Sequence record: DRR378314_499
Direction: 5' to 3' (one strand)
Length of the DNA: 55,184 bases
Part shown: one piece after another, positions 37,871-47,805 of the stretch
How positions within the stretch are numbered: position 1 is the stretch's first letter
Layout of the letters: each line of letters begins with the position of its first letter
Made by a program: the position numbers and the translations under genes
Notes under the pieces: model-generated
What the model was told of the DNA's origin: nothing
The model's database searches: none
What the model saw: only the letters and a program-made list of their open reading frames with translations

Positions 37871-38284
37871 ATGAAAGTTCAGGCGAAATGGGTTGAAGAC
37901 TATCGCTTCATCGGAAATAACGCACAAGGCCATGGCCTGATCATGGATGGCTCTGGCGGGGATGACCGGCTTGGAAATAGCCCCATGGAATTGCTGCTGC
38001 TGGGGGTCGCCGGCTGTTCGGGGATTGATGTTGTGCATATTCTCAAAAAATCCCGCGAAGATGTTCAGGACTGCACGGTTGAAGTGGAAGGAAAACGCGC
38101 TGATACCGAGCCAAAGGTCTTTACAGACATCCATATGACATACACTGTTTATGGTAATAACCTTAGTAATGATAAGGTGGAACGCGCAGTTTCCCTCTCT
38201 GCTGAGAAATATTGCTCTGCTTCTGTCATGATCGGTCAGGTCGCCAACATCACCCGGGAAATCATTCTCAAAGGCACTGATTAA
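37871..38284 (+). CDS. OsmC family protein (YhfA-like)
   Basis: SPMELLL...GCSGIDVV.IL, LSAEKYCSAS. Confidence 0.9.
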   Translation: MKVQAKWVEDYRFIGNNAQGHGLIMDGSGGDDRLGNSPMELLLLGVAGCSGIDVVHILKKSREDVQDCTVEVEGKRADTEPKVFTDIHMTYTVYGNNLSNDKVERAVSLSAEKYCSASVMIGQVANITREIILKGTD

Positions 38285-38362
38285 TCCGCACTGAATTGCC
38301 GTTTGTCTCTATTAACTGACAAACTTCATAACCCGAAGACCTCCGATCAGCGGGTTAGAGAC

Positions 38363-38713
38363 TTAATTCTGCTGGAGATAATATCGAACACTGTCCTGGA
38401 CGCGGCGAAAGCGGTCTCCGCCAAGTTTGGTGCCGCCAAACCAGCGGGTCACAACGATGATATGATCGGTGAGCGCCGCTCCTTCCAGCATCTGCAGGAT
38501 AATGCGGCCGGCGCCGCCTTCGCCATCGTCATTTTTGACCGGGCCTTCATCGGTTAAGATGACGGCCCAGCTATTGTGATTGGCTTTGGCAAATTTCTTG
38601 TTTTTCTTCAGGGTTTTAACGAATTGCGCAGCTTCACTTCGGGTTTTAACCCGGCCCCCGGCGACTGCGTATTTGGACCCCCGATCGGTCAGAATATTTT
38701 CATAGATTTTCAT
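38363..38713 (-). CDS. YigZ/IMPACT family protein (short form)
   Basis: DRGSKY, A.HNSWA, DDGE.GAG, VVTRWFGG.KLG. Confidence 0.9.
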   Translation of the reverse strand: MKIYENILTDRGSKYAVAGGRVKTRSEAAQFVKTLKKNKKFAKANHNSWAVILTDEGPVKNDDGEGGAGRIILQMLEGAALTDHIIVVTRWFGGTKLGGDRFRRVQDSVRYYLQQN

Positions 38714-39004
38714 GAGAGGAAATCATCACGATCGAGACCACGGGGTCAAGGACAAAGGCGAGGGAATGGGCAATAGTACAGGGACAAAAGCCGAACCCAT
38801 TTATACCACCCCCGCCCAACCTCTGATACGGGTGAACCTTTGCCGTTCCCCGCAGAAACAAAATTTAGCCGAAAAAAGACAAACTTGCGGATCTGCAGAA
38901 GCGGCCGAAAAACCGGAACAGGTTCAAAAAAGATTTCTGAACAGTTGATCCGGGCCTGTTCGCGGCCTAATATCCCGCAAACTCTTTGCAAGTCAGGTGC
39001 GTAC

Positions 39005-39619
39005 ATGACCATTTATCTTCACCATAATGACCTTCCGTCTGATGTGGATTTAGGACCCGAAATCGCCATCGATTCCGAGACAATGGGTCTTGACCCCCAT
39101 CGTGATCGGCTGTGTGTCGTTCAGCTATCCGCTGGCGATGGTGATGCACATCTGGTCAAGTTTGACGGAAAAACCTATGACGCACCGAACCTGGTCAGCC
39201 AACTTTCTGATCCGGCCCGGCTGAAGCTTTTTCATTTTGGCCGGTTTGATATCGCGGTCCTGAAACATTACCTGGGGATTACCTGTTCGCCTGTTTATTG
39301 CACGAAAATCGCGTCTCGCCTGGTTCGAACCTATACAGACCGGCACGGCCTGAAAAACCTCTGTCAGGAACTGATCGGCGTGGATCTGTCCAAACAACAG
39401 CAAAGCTCCGACTGGGGGGCCCCGGAATTAACCGAGGCCCAGATGGAATATGCAGCCTCAGACGTTCTGTATCTGCACCAGTTGCGCGATAAGCTCAGCG
39501 TCATGCTGGAGCGGGAAGGCCGCACGGAAATTGCCCACAAATGCTTTGAATTTCTGCCCTATCGTGCGGATCTTGATCTGATCGGCTGGGACGAAACCGA
39601 CATCTTTGCACATTCTTGA
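39005..39619 (+). CDS. rnd: Ribonuclease D (short alphaproteobacterial form)
   Basis: AIDSETMGL, RLCVVQL, SKQQQSSDWG, YAASDV. Confidence 0.92.
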   Translation: MTIYLHHNDLPSDVDLGPEIAIDSETMGLDPHRDRLCVVQLSAGDGDAHLVKFDGKTYDAPNLVSQLSDPARLKLFHFGRFDIAVLKHYLGITCSPVYCTKIASRLVRTYTDRHGLKNLCQELIGVDLSKQQQSSDWGAPELTEAQMEYAASDVLYLHQLRDKLSVMLEREGRTEIAHKCFEFLPYRADLDLIGWDETDIFAHS

Positions 39620-39750
39620 TGGGTTTGTGTGAATAGCCGGGTAAGATCGTCCCTTGTGATGCAGGGGCTGATTGCCTATATTTCAGGCAGCTCAGGCGAA
39701 ATTTATATTCTCCTGCAATTAGTTAAACCCAATTGACCTGTGATACACAC

Positions 39751-40752
39751 ATGATTCAGCACCCTGACGCCAAGTCCGAAATTCCTGATGAAAATCAAGA
39801 TCTTGCGTCTGCACGCCGAGTATTGCAAATCGAAGCCGATGCCCTGTTATCGTTAAAGCAGTCTCTGAACGGTGATTTTGTTCACGCCCTGGACGTCATC
39901 GCCGCGTCCAAAGGGCGTGTTGTTGTCTCGGGTATGGGAAAAAGCGGGCATATCGGGAAAAAAATCGCGGCAACGCTGGCATCGACCGGAACCCCCTCTC
40001 ATTTTGTGCACCCCGGTGAAGCAAGCCATGGGGACCTTGGCATGATTACGCCCGATGACGTGGTCCTCTGCCTGTCAAATTCCGGCGGTACCAAAGAGCT
40101 TTCGGATATCATAGCCTATACCAAACGGTTCCACATCCCGCTAATTGCCATTGTGGGCAAAGCCGATAGCACCCTTGCCCGGCGCAGTGATGTAGCGCTG
40201 ATTCTGCCTGATGAGCCCGAAGCCTGCGCCATTGGTCTGGCACCGACCACATCAACCACCCTGACCCTGGCACTCGGTGATGCCGTGGCCGTCGCCCTGT
40301 TGGAGCGCAAAGGGTTTTCCGCCGATCAGTTTCATGTCTATCATCCCGGCGGGAAACTGGGCAGCTCCCTCATCCGGGTTAGCGATCTGATGCATAAGGG
40401 CAGCGAACTGCCCTTGATCAGTGAAGACGCGCTGATGGAACAGGCTCTTCTGGAAATGACGACCAAAGGGTTTGGAACGGTCGGGCTGTTATCAGCCGAT
40501 GGCCATCTTAGCGGCGTGATTACAGATGGCGACCTGCGCCGCCATATGGGACATGATTTACTGACCAAACAGGCGAAAAACGTGATGACCCGCAATCCGC
40601 AAACCATTTCGCCAAGATCCCTGGCGGCAGAAGCCCTTGCCCAGATGAATAATACCGGGATTAACGGGATCACCTGCCTGCTGGTTGCCGATGACACCAA
40701 ACCTGTCGGGATCCTTAGTGTTCATGACTGCCTTCGGGCAGGCGTTATGTAA
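39751..40752 (+). CDS. kdsD: Arabinose-5-phosphate isomerase (KpsF/GutQ)
   Basis: GMGKSGH, HPGEASHGDLG, APTTST, CBS pair. Confidence 0.95.
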   Translation: MIQHPDAKSEIPDENQDLASARRVLQIEADALLSLKQSLNGDFVHALDVIAASKGRVVVSGMGKSGHIGKKIAATLASTGTPSHFVHPGEASHGDLGMITPDDVVLCLSNSGGTKELSDIIAYTKRFHIPLIAIVGKADSTLARRSDVALILPDEPEACAIGLAPTTSTTLTLALGDAVAVALLERKGFSADQFHVYHPGGKLGSSLIRVSDLMHKGSELPLISEDALMEQALLEMTTKGFGTVGLLSADGHLSGVITDGDLRRHMGHDLLTKQAKNVMTRNPQTISPRSLAAEALAQMNNTGINGITCLLVADDTKPVGILSVHDCLRAGVM

Positions 40753-40754
40753 TC

Positions 40755-41450
40755 ATGGAAAACCCCGCCAACTCATCCAGCCCACCCCCCGAAGCTCCAA
40801 AAACAGCCTCGCAAACCGGCATTCAACACTTTGGTAGCAATCATCCGGATGAGTTTCGCCAAAAAGCGCTTAGAACGGGCAGCCACACCCGTTTCGTATC
40901 CGTAATGAAATGGGTTCTGCCGACCCTTGCCCTGATCCTGATTGCCACTGCATTTATTCTGCCGGGATTGCAGGAGGAAAATGAGACAATCACGCTGGAA
41001 TATCTCAATATCGCCGAAAGTGATCACGCACTGACCATGACCAACCCGAAATTCCTCTCCAGTGATCAGGGAAATCAGCAGTTTATGGTGACAGCAGATA
41101 GCGCCACTCAGCAAGCCGGGGCTGAGGATCAGATAGAGCTGGTTAACCTGCAGGCGGATATTACCTTGGCCAGTGGTCGCTGGGTTTCCATTTCTGCGCC
41201 GAAAGGCTGGCTGGACACAGAGGCGGAAACCATGGACCTTGTGGGCGGGGTAGAGATTTTTTCAGACGATGGAAACCAAATCAGTACCGAGACGGCCCGG
41301 GTTCTGCTGGCCGACAAAAAGGTGTTGAGTCCGAAAGGATTGCGCAGTCACGGACCGCTTGGTGAACTCTATGCCGACAGTTTTATTGCCAATCAGCTTA
41401 CAGGTACGCTAAAATTTGAAGGCAATGTAAAAATGACCCTGTATCCATGA
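40755..41450 (+). CDS. lptC: LPS export protein LptC
   Basis: Single TM (MKWVLP) plus beta-rich domain; position between kdsD and lptA. Confidence 0.85.
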   Translation: MENPANSSSPPPEAPKTASQTGIQHFGSNHPDEFRQKALRTGSHTRFVSVMKWVLPTLALILIATAFILPGLQEENETITLEYLNIAESDHALTMTNPKFLSSDQGNQQFMVTADSATQQAGAEDQIELVNLQADITLASGRWVSISAPKGWLDTEAETMDLVGGVEIFSDDGNQISTETARVLLADKKVLSPKGLRSHGPLGELYADSFIANQLTGTLKFEGNVKMTLYP

Positions 41451-42031
41451 GGCCTGCTGACAGAATGAAACATAAGCTTTTAAGCGATAAAGTCTGGCTG
41501 ACCCCGTTCATCTTCCTCGTGATGATGGCCGCCTTTCCCGCCAATCTGCAGGCGCAATCGGCCCTGTCCTCTTCCGGCTTTGACACGGATCAGCCTATTG
41601 AGATTTTGGCAGATTCCCTGGAAGTTCAGCAGGAAAAGCAGCAAGCCACTTTTGCTGGAAATGTGCAGGTTCTACAAGGGGATATCAGACTGAAGGCAGC
41701 GAAACTGGTGGTGCATTATTCTGATGATAACCAGAATAAAAACGCCGATGCCAATGGGGATGCGCCGCAGATCCGGCAGATTGACGCGACGGGGGAAGTG
41801 TTTCTTTCCAGCCCACGGGAAACGGCCCAGGGGGACAAAGGAACCTATGACGTGGTTAATAAACAGATCAATCTGGTTGGAAATGTGGTATTAACCCAAG
41901 GTCAGAATGTTTTGCGGGGGCAGAAAATGGTCTTGGATCTTGTGACCGGGCGCAGCCGGATTGAAGGAACAGGCACAGGTAATAGCAACGGTCGGGTTCG
42001 GGGTATCTTTGTTCCTGAGAAAAAGAATTAG
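41447..42031 (+). CDS. lptA: LPS transport periplasmic protein LptA
   Basis: PIEI.AD.L, ATF.GNV...QG, GNVVLTQG.NVL.G. Confidence 0.92.
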   Translation: MRPADRMKHKLLSDKVWLTPFIFLVMMAAFPANLQAQSALSSSGFDTDQPIEILADSLEVQQEKQQATFAGNVQVLQGDIRLKAAKLVVHYSDDNQNKNADANGDAPQIRQIDATGEVFLSSPRETAQGDKGTYDVVNKQINLVGNVVLTQGQNVLRGQKMVLDLVTGRSRIEGTGTGNSNGRVRGIFVPEKKN

Positions 42032-42046
42032 ATCGGGATAAAGACC

Positions 42047-42823
42047 ATGTCGAACACAGACACGCAAAGCGAAACCGAGGGGCCCCGCCTGATTGCAGAA
42101 AATACCGGGTTATCTGCCCAGAATGTTGGAAAATCCTTTAAAAAGCGCCCCATCCTGAGAGGCGTGGATGTCACTGTCCACCGGGGTGAAGCCGTTGGCC
42201 TTCTGGGACCAAACGGCGCCGGTAAAACAACCTGTTTCTACATCATTTCTGGTCTTTTAAGCGCCGATTACGGCACCGTCACCCTGGATGGAATGGACGT
42301 CACCCATCTGCCCATGTATCGCCGCGCCCGCCTTGGCGTTGGTTATCTGCCTCAGGAAGCATCGATTTTCCGGGGACTGACTGTCGAGCAGAATATCCGT
42401 TCCGTCCTTGAACTGATTGAGCCGATCCGCGAAAAACGGGAAAATCAGCTGGAAGAACTTCTGGCCGAATTTTCCATTTCACATCTGCGCAGAACTCCCG
42501 CCATTGCCCTCTCTGGGGGGGAACGACGACGGGTGGAAATTGCCCGGGCCCTGGCTGGCCGCCCCGGCTACATAATGCTCGATGAACCCTTTGCCGGTAT
42601 CGACCCCATTGCGGTTGGTGATATTCGCGATCTGATCTCCCACTTGAAAGAGCGGGGAATTGGTGTTTTGATCACTGAACATAATGTGCGTGAAACTCTC
42701 GAAATCATCGACCGAGCCTACATTCTCAACGATGGACGTGTTATTATGGAAGGCAGTCCATCGGAAATTATTGAGGACGAAGGTGTACGGCGAGTTTATT
42801 TGGGAGACCGTTTTAACCTTTGA
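42047..42823 (+). CDS. lptB: LPS export ABC ATPase
   Basis: [34 protein letters not shown]. Confidence 0.96.
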   Translation: MSNTDTQSETEGPRLIAENTGLSAQNVGKSFKKRPILRGVDVTVHRGEAVGLLGPNGAGKTTCFYIISGLLSADYGTVTLDGMDVTHLPMYRRARLGVGYLPQEASIFRGLTVEQNIRSVLELIEPIREKRENQLEELLAEFSISHLRRTPAIALSGGERRRVEIARALAGRPGYIMLDEPFAGIDPIAVGDIRDLISHLKERGIGVLITEHNVRETLEIIDRAYILNDGRVIMEGSPSEIIEDEGVRRVYLGDRFNL

Positions 42824-42865
42824 TTTAAAGATAAAGACTAAAATCAAAGAAAAACGGGAGAAATT

Positions 42866-44416
42866 ATGGCTTTAGGCCCCAGGTTGGAATTAAGGCAGAG
42901 TCAGCAACTCATTATGACTCCTCAATTGCAGCAAGCAATTAAGCTACTGCAACTGTCCAATTTGGAACTCACGGATTTTGTGGAACAGGAACTGGATCGA
43001 AATCCGCTGCTGGAACGTGGGGATTCTGACCTCAATACAGATGCACCTGCAGAAGTCGCAAGCGACAAAACAGAAGGTTTTGGCGAAGAAACGGCGGATC
43101 ATGATGGATTACAGGATCTGTCCCTGACAGAAAAGGCCGCCGAGCAGGCCCATAACGACACCCCCCTTGATGTGGATTACGACAATGACGCCACAAATGA
43201 CAGTCTTGCCGATGCGCCGCAAACAGATCAACCCACCGCATCAGACGGTGATTATTTAGGAAGCCTGAGCGGCAGCAGTAGCAGTGGGTCCTATTCCGAT
43301 TTCTCTTTCGAGGATGTTTTAACCGAAGAGGAAACCCTTCAGGATCACTTGACCAAGCAATTGCATCTTCTAAACCTGCCCGCATCCCAAAAATTTATTG
43401 CAAGCTACCTGATCGACCTTGTCACCGACACGGGCTATTTCCGTCAGGACTTGGCAGAGATTAGCCAAACCCTCAATTGTGAACTTGAGGTGGTGGAGCA
43501 AACCTTGCAGATCTTGCGGGACTTTGAACCCGCCGGGGTTTTTGCGACTGACCTTGCCGATTGTCTGGCCCTGCAGCTTAAAGATAAAAACCGGCTGGAT
43601 CCGGCAATTCAGACTTTTCTGGATAATCTGGACCTGATGGCCAACCGGGACTTGAAAGGGTTGATGTCGATCTGTGGTGTGGATCGAGATGACATCATGG
43701 ATATGATCGGCGAGATTAAAGCGCTGGACCCGAAGCCGGGTTTACAGTTCAGCCCGTCCCTTGCCGCGACGGTTGTCCCGGATGTTTTCGTCCGCGAAAA
43801 TCCAGATGGAACCTGGAATATTGAACTCAATAGCGAGACCTTGCCAAAAGTCCTTGTAAACAATCGATATCATGCACAAATAACTTCTAAGGGGTTGAAA
43901 AAACAAGAGAAAGAGTTCGTATCAGAATGTCTGCATTCTGCCAACTGGCTGATAAAATCGCTGGATCAACGGGCCAATACCATTCTCAAAGTGGCATCGG
44001 AACTGGTCCGTCAGCAGGAGAATTTTTTCCGCTTTGGTGTCGCCCAACTCCGGCCCATGAACCTGAAGGTCATTGCCGAAGCCATCGAAATGCACGAAAG
44101 CACGGTCAGCCGGGTCACCGCAAACAAATTTATTTCGACACCGTTCGGGGTGTTCGAACTCAAGTATTTTTTCAACTCAGCCATCAATTCGACAGGTGGA
44201 GGCGACGCGCATGCCGCTGAATCTGTTAAATTCAAACTCAAGCAACTTGTTGACGAAGAGAAGCCTAACGCTATCCTTTCTGATGACAAGATTGTTGATC
44301 TCATGAAAAAGGAGGGTATCGACATTGCCCGGCGGACGGTCGCCAAATACAGGGATGCTCTTAACATCCCCTCATCCGTCCAGCGCCGGAAACAGAAAAA
44401 ACTGCTCACCACCTGA
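42866..44416 (+). CDS. rpoN: RNA polymerase sigma-54
   Basis: MTPQLQQAIKLLQ, HESTVSR, RpoN box ARRTVAKYR. Confidence 0.98.
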   Translation: MALGPRLELRQSQQLIMTPQLQQAIKLLQLSNLELTDFVEQELDRNPLLERGDSDLNTDAPAEVASDKTEGFGEETADHDGLQDLSLTEKAAEQAHNDTPLDVDYDNDATNDSLADAPQTDQPTASDGDYLGSLSGSSSSGSYSDFSFEDVLTEEETLQDHLTKQLHLLNLPASQKFIASYLIDLVTDTGYFRQDLAEISQTLNCELEVVEQTLQILRDFEPAGVFATDLADCLALQLKDKNRLDPAIQTFLDNLDLMANRDLKGLMSICGVDRDDIMDMIGEIKALDPKPGLQFSPSLAATVVPDVFVRENPDGTWNIELNSETLPKVLVNNRYHAQITSKGLKKQEKEFVSECLHSANWLIKSLDQRANTILKVASELVRQQENFFRFGVAQLRPMNLKVIAEAIEMHESTVSRVTANKFISTPFGVFELKYFFNSAINSTGGGDAHAAESVKFKLKQLVDEEKPNAILSDDKIVDLMKKEGIDIARRTVAKYRDALNIPSSVQRRKQKKLLTT

Positions 44417-44581
44417 TAAAAGGAGCTAAGAAAATGGAACCACCGTATCCCACCTGCCGTTATGCCAGGTTGTGTGACTGACAGCGATTGATCAGTCCAT
44501 AGAATAGGATCGGTAAACCGGAAAACGTCCGGCCAAGTTGCTGATCTTCCTTAGTATCACTTAGAAGAATTGGGTCAAAAT

Positions 44582-45181
44582 ATGCATGTGATTGTCAAAG
44601 GTAAACAGGTTGATGTCGGAGCCGCTCTTACGGAGTATGTGGAAAACTCTCTGGAAGAGAGGGTCTCGAAATATTTTGACAATGCGATAGACGCGCAAGT
44701 TACGCTCAGTCGCCGAGGGCACGATTTTATCATAGAATGCAATGTTCACCTGGGATCCGGAATAACTGTAGCAGCGTCAGCGAACCATCCAGATGCCCAT
44801 GCCTGTTTTGATGCGGCTGCAGAACGCATTGACAAACAGCTCAGAAGATATAAAAGACGGCTCAAGGATCATCACGGTAAGGAAAGACTGAAGGCAAAAC
44901 AGGAAATGGCGGCCCAGGCATATATCTTGGCACCCGAACCTGAAGAGCCCGAAGACGAGACCGAGGTTGAGACCGAAGCGAACGGTGAATGGCAACCAAT
45001 GATTATTGCCGAAAGCAGTCAAAACATTCCTGACTGCTCCGTTGGTGAGGCTGTGATGAGGATGGATCTGGCGAATTTGCCAGTAATGATGTTCCATAAT
45101 TCGGGAACGAAAGGATTAAATGTTGTATATCGTCGATCAGATGGCAATATAGGGTGGATTGACCCAAGGCTGGAGGGCTAA
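44582..45181 (+). CDS. hpf: Long ribosome hibernation promoting factor
   Basis: KQLRRYKRRL, EAVMRMDL, NVVYRR.DGNIGWIDP. Confidence 0.95.
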   Translation: MHVIVKGKQVDVGAALTEYVENSLEERVSKYFDNAIDAQVTLSRRGHDFIIECNVHLGSGITVAASANHPDAHACFDAAAERIDKQLRRYKRRLKDHHGKERLKAKQEMAAQAYILAPEPEEPEDETEVETEANGEWQPMIIAESSQNIPDCSVGEAVMRMDLANLPVMMFHNSGTKGLNVVYRRSDGNIGWIDPRLEG

Positions 45182-45237
45182 GAACCGACAGCGGGTCCGC
45201 AATCCCCGATCACGATAGAACAACTGGTTAGAGACTC

Positions 45238-45696
45238 ATGGAATTAGCTGATTTGATCAGCCCGGAAACTGTTTTTGCCGATTTAAAGGCAACCAGTAAA
45301 AAGCAGGCATTGCAAGAAATGTCGCGCCGGGCTGCCGCTCACACCGGATGTGACGAGCGGGAGATTCTGAACGTATTGATCGAGCGTGAGCGCCTGGGCA
45401 CAACAGGTGTCGGGCAAGGGATTGCGATCCCTCACGGCAAACTTGGTTCTCTGAATTGCATTCAGGGTTTCTTTGCCCGTCTGGACACCGGAATTGATTA
45501 CGACGCCATGGATGACATGCCTGTCGATCTGATTTTCCTTCTGCTGGCGCCTGAAGAGGGCGGGGCGGATCATCTTAAAGCACTGGCCCGGGTTTCCCGA
45601 ACCTTGAGAAGCGCTGAAAGATGTAAGCGTCTCCGGGGGACGGAAAATTCAGATGCCCTGTTTGCTGTTCTGACCGACGATGCCGTTGCCGCCTAA
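45238..45696 (+). CDS. ptsN: PTS EIIA-Ntr
   Basis: RERLGTTGVG.GIAIPH, GADHLKALARVSR. Confidence 0.96.
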   Translation: MELADLISPETVFADLKATSKKQALQEMSRRAAAHTGCDEREILNVLIERERLGTTGVGQGIAIPHGKLGSLNCIQGFFARLDTGIDYDAMDDMPVDLIFLLLAPEEGGADHLKALARVSRTLRSAERCKRLRGTENSDALFAVLTDDAVAA

Positions 45697-45785
45697 AGGC
45701 AACCAGACTGTGAAGAAGTTCACAGTCTGAACTGTAAAATACTGTTATGCTCCTGATCTCTGCAACCTACAGGATCGAAGTGCTT

Positions 45786-46811
45786 ATGATGCTTTCCAGT
45801 CGTTTATCAGGTCTGTTTCTGGCCCTAACACTTATGTTGGGTGCAACTCAGGCGTCCGCGCAGGAAACCCGTCCCCCCATTCTGGATTTCCCGGTCAAAT
45901 GCACAATCGGACTGGATTGTTATGTCCAGCACTATATGGATACCAAGCATGGCGCCGGGGCAAATGATTATACCTGCGGATCACTCACCTATGATCGTCA
46001 TGACGGGACGGATATTCGCATTCGAACTTTACAGCAGATGGAAAAAGGCGTGCCGGTTATTGCCGCCGCCGATGGAATCGTTTTTAACCTCCGCAGGAAA
46101 GTTCCAGATCAGTATTTCAGCGATTATTCCAAAGACAAACAACGGGAAGTCTATAGTGAAGCGCTGGGAAATGTGGTTATTCTCCACCATGGGGGCGGCT
46201 GGAACACTTTCTATGCCCATTTGAAACAGAATTCCGTTCAAGTCACCAAGGGTCAACGGGTGTCTAAGGGGCAGGTCCTGGGTTATGTCGGCATGTCTGG
46301 TTTTACCGAATTTCCCCATCTGCATTTTGAACTCCGTCATAAAGGCGTCCGTCTGGACCCGTTTACAGGCCTTGAAAAAGGCGCTGGGTGCAACAAGGTG
46401 GAAAAAACCTACTGGTCTGAGGAAGCCCTCAACCTGATGACGTATAAACCCACTTTTTTTGTAACCTCCGGCATGTCTGAAACCAAACCGGATGATCGAA
46501 AAGATATTGAAAAAGGGGATAAGGCGGAAAAAACCCTCAGCCCCGTCGCTCCGAAACTGTTTTTCTGGACCTACTATATCGGCAGTAAACGCGGTGATAA
46601 AATCTCACTGGAACTGAGAGATCCGAGCGGAACTGTCGTTAAAAAACACACCAGCAAACCCGCCGGGACGGATCAAATCAGTATGTATCGATTCTTTGGA
46701 ATGGAAAAACCAACCGGTGGCTGGATGGCCGGGACCTATACAGGGTCCATCAAAATACATCGGCTAACCGGGGAAATCTTTAAAGACAGTGCCACCATTA
46801 TCGTGGAATAG
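45786..46811 (+). CDS. M23 family metallopeptidase, secreted
   Basis: HDGTD, YAHL, FPHLHFE. Confidence 0.9.
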   Translation: MMLSSRLSGLFLALTLMLGATQASAQETRPPILDFPVKCTIGLDCYVQHYMDTKHGAGANDYTCGSLTYDRHDGTDIRIRTLQQMEKGVPVIAAADGIVFNLRRKVPDQYFSDYSKDKQREVYSEALGNVVILHHGGGWNTFYAHLKQNSVQVTKGQRVSKGQVLGYVGMSGFTEFPHLHFELRHKGVRLDPFTGLEKGAGCNKVEKTYWSEEALNLMTYKPTFFVTSGMSETKPDDRKDIEKGDKAEKTLSPVAPKLFFWTYYIGSKRGDKISLELRDPSGTVVKKHTSKPAGTDQISMYRFFGMEKPTGGWMAGTYTGSIKIHRLTGEIFKDSATIIVE

Positions 46812-46883
46812 GGAAAATACGCTGGATTAATCGTTTGGGCAAAGGGCAGAGCCCTTTGCAGCCGGTCAGGGACTGGTCAGCCG

Positions 46884-47102
46884 TTAGCTGACCAGAAATG
46901 CATCCAACTCATTCTGCTTGGCGATCACCAGTGCCAATTCAGGGCTATCTTCTTCGCCCAGACGCTGCCCATCTGCAGAGAAAATAGCATAAACAACCGT
47001 TCCCTCTTCTTCGATCTGGCGCACATAGGCGGTATCCATAGACCCAAGAACTGCAAGCGCGGCCGGACTAATTTGGCGCAGGGTTGCTTCTTGATACTGC
47101 AT
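46884..47102 (-). CDS. DUF1150 family protein
   Basis: LA.LG...AYVR, YAI.SADG; usual partner downstream of hsp20. Confidence 0.85.
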   Translation of the reverse strand: MQYQEATLRQISPAALAVLGSMDTAYVRQIEEEGTVVYAIFSADGQRLGEEDSPELALVIAKQNELDAFLVS

Positions 47103-47137
47103 TACAAAACTCCTGTTGAACTCTAAACACGCTCGGC

Positions 47138-47596
47138 TTATTCCGAATCCTTGTTTGAGCCTATGGTTTTTAAACTTTGGCCATCGTTTTTGTCGTTAAT
47201 TTCAATTTGCCGGATATCCGCTTTTTCAATCGGCAAGCGTAAATCAACATGAAGCAATCCGTTATCCATTTCGGCGCCGACAACTTTCACGCCTTCAGCC
47301 AGTACAAATTTTCGTTTGAACTGCCGCGCAGCTATTCCGCGATGAATATAGACCCGCCCCGTGTCCTCATTTTGCTTACCATGAATGATAAGTTGATTTT
47401 GTTCCAGCGTTATCTGCAGGTCTTCCTTAAAAAAGCCAGCCACGGCCAGCGTAATTCGAAGATCACTTTGGGAAAGTTGTTCGATATTATAAGGGGGGTA
47501 TCCTTCTCCGTTGGATTTGGCCAATTGTTCAAGCATATGCTCGAATCTGTCAAATCCCAGCAACAGAGGGCTGTTAAAAACAGACATTGTCGACAC
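47138..47596 (-). CDS. Small heat shock protein (Hsp20, IbpA-like)
   Basis: SPLLLGFD, YPPYNIE, LAVAGF, HRGIAARQF, NGLL. Confidence 0.95.
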   Translation of the reverse strand: MSTMSVFNSPLLLGFDRFEHMLEQLAKSNGEGYPPYNIEQLSQSDLRITLAVAGFFKEDLQITLEQNQLIIHGKQNEDTGRVYIHRGIAARQFKRKFVLAEGVKVVGAEMDNGLLHVDLRLPIEKADIRQIEINDKNDGQSLKTIGSNKDSE

Positions 47597-47603
47597 GTTA
47601 CTA

Positions 47604-47622
47604 TCTCCTCATCTGAGCGAGT
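47604..47622 (-). promoter_or_regulatory. ROSE-type RNA thermometer, final hairpin
   Basis: CUCGCU-cagau-GAGGAG: U(U/C)GCU motif pairing with the Shine-Dalgarno of hsp20. Confidence 0.7.
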
Positions 47623-47684
47623 AATGAATAAGCCCGAAACCGGCACTTTTCTGACAGCCCACTCTGGCGCTATCTCTCTCTTTA

Positions 47685-47713
47685 ATGTAGGTTGCCTTGA
47701 CCCTCGCATCAAG
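47685..47713 (-). promoter_or_regulatory. RpoH-type promoter for hsp20
   Basis: CTTG-N18-CCTACAT. Confidence 0.7.
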
Positions 47714-47805
47714 TCGCGAAGAGAAGAATTATCAATATCTACCCCGCCAAAGGTAGGTAACAGTCAAAACCCGAAAAAAAATCAAAAACATACCGGAGTA
47801 TTAGG

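Noticed and set aside
36797-38296. 11-bp direct repeat CCGCACTGAAT flanking the DMT and osmC genes
   Set aside because: Hundreds of repeated 11-mer pairs are expected by chance in 55 kb; no mobile-element signature.
38712-38948. Small ORF between yigZ and rnd
   Set aside because: Has a possible RBS but no motif and overlaps likely promoter regions; insufficient support.
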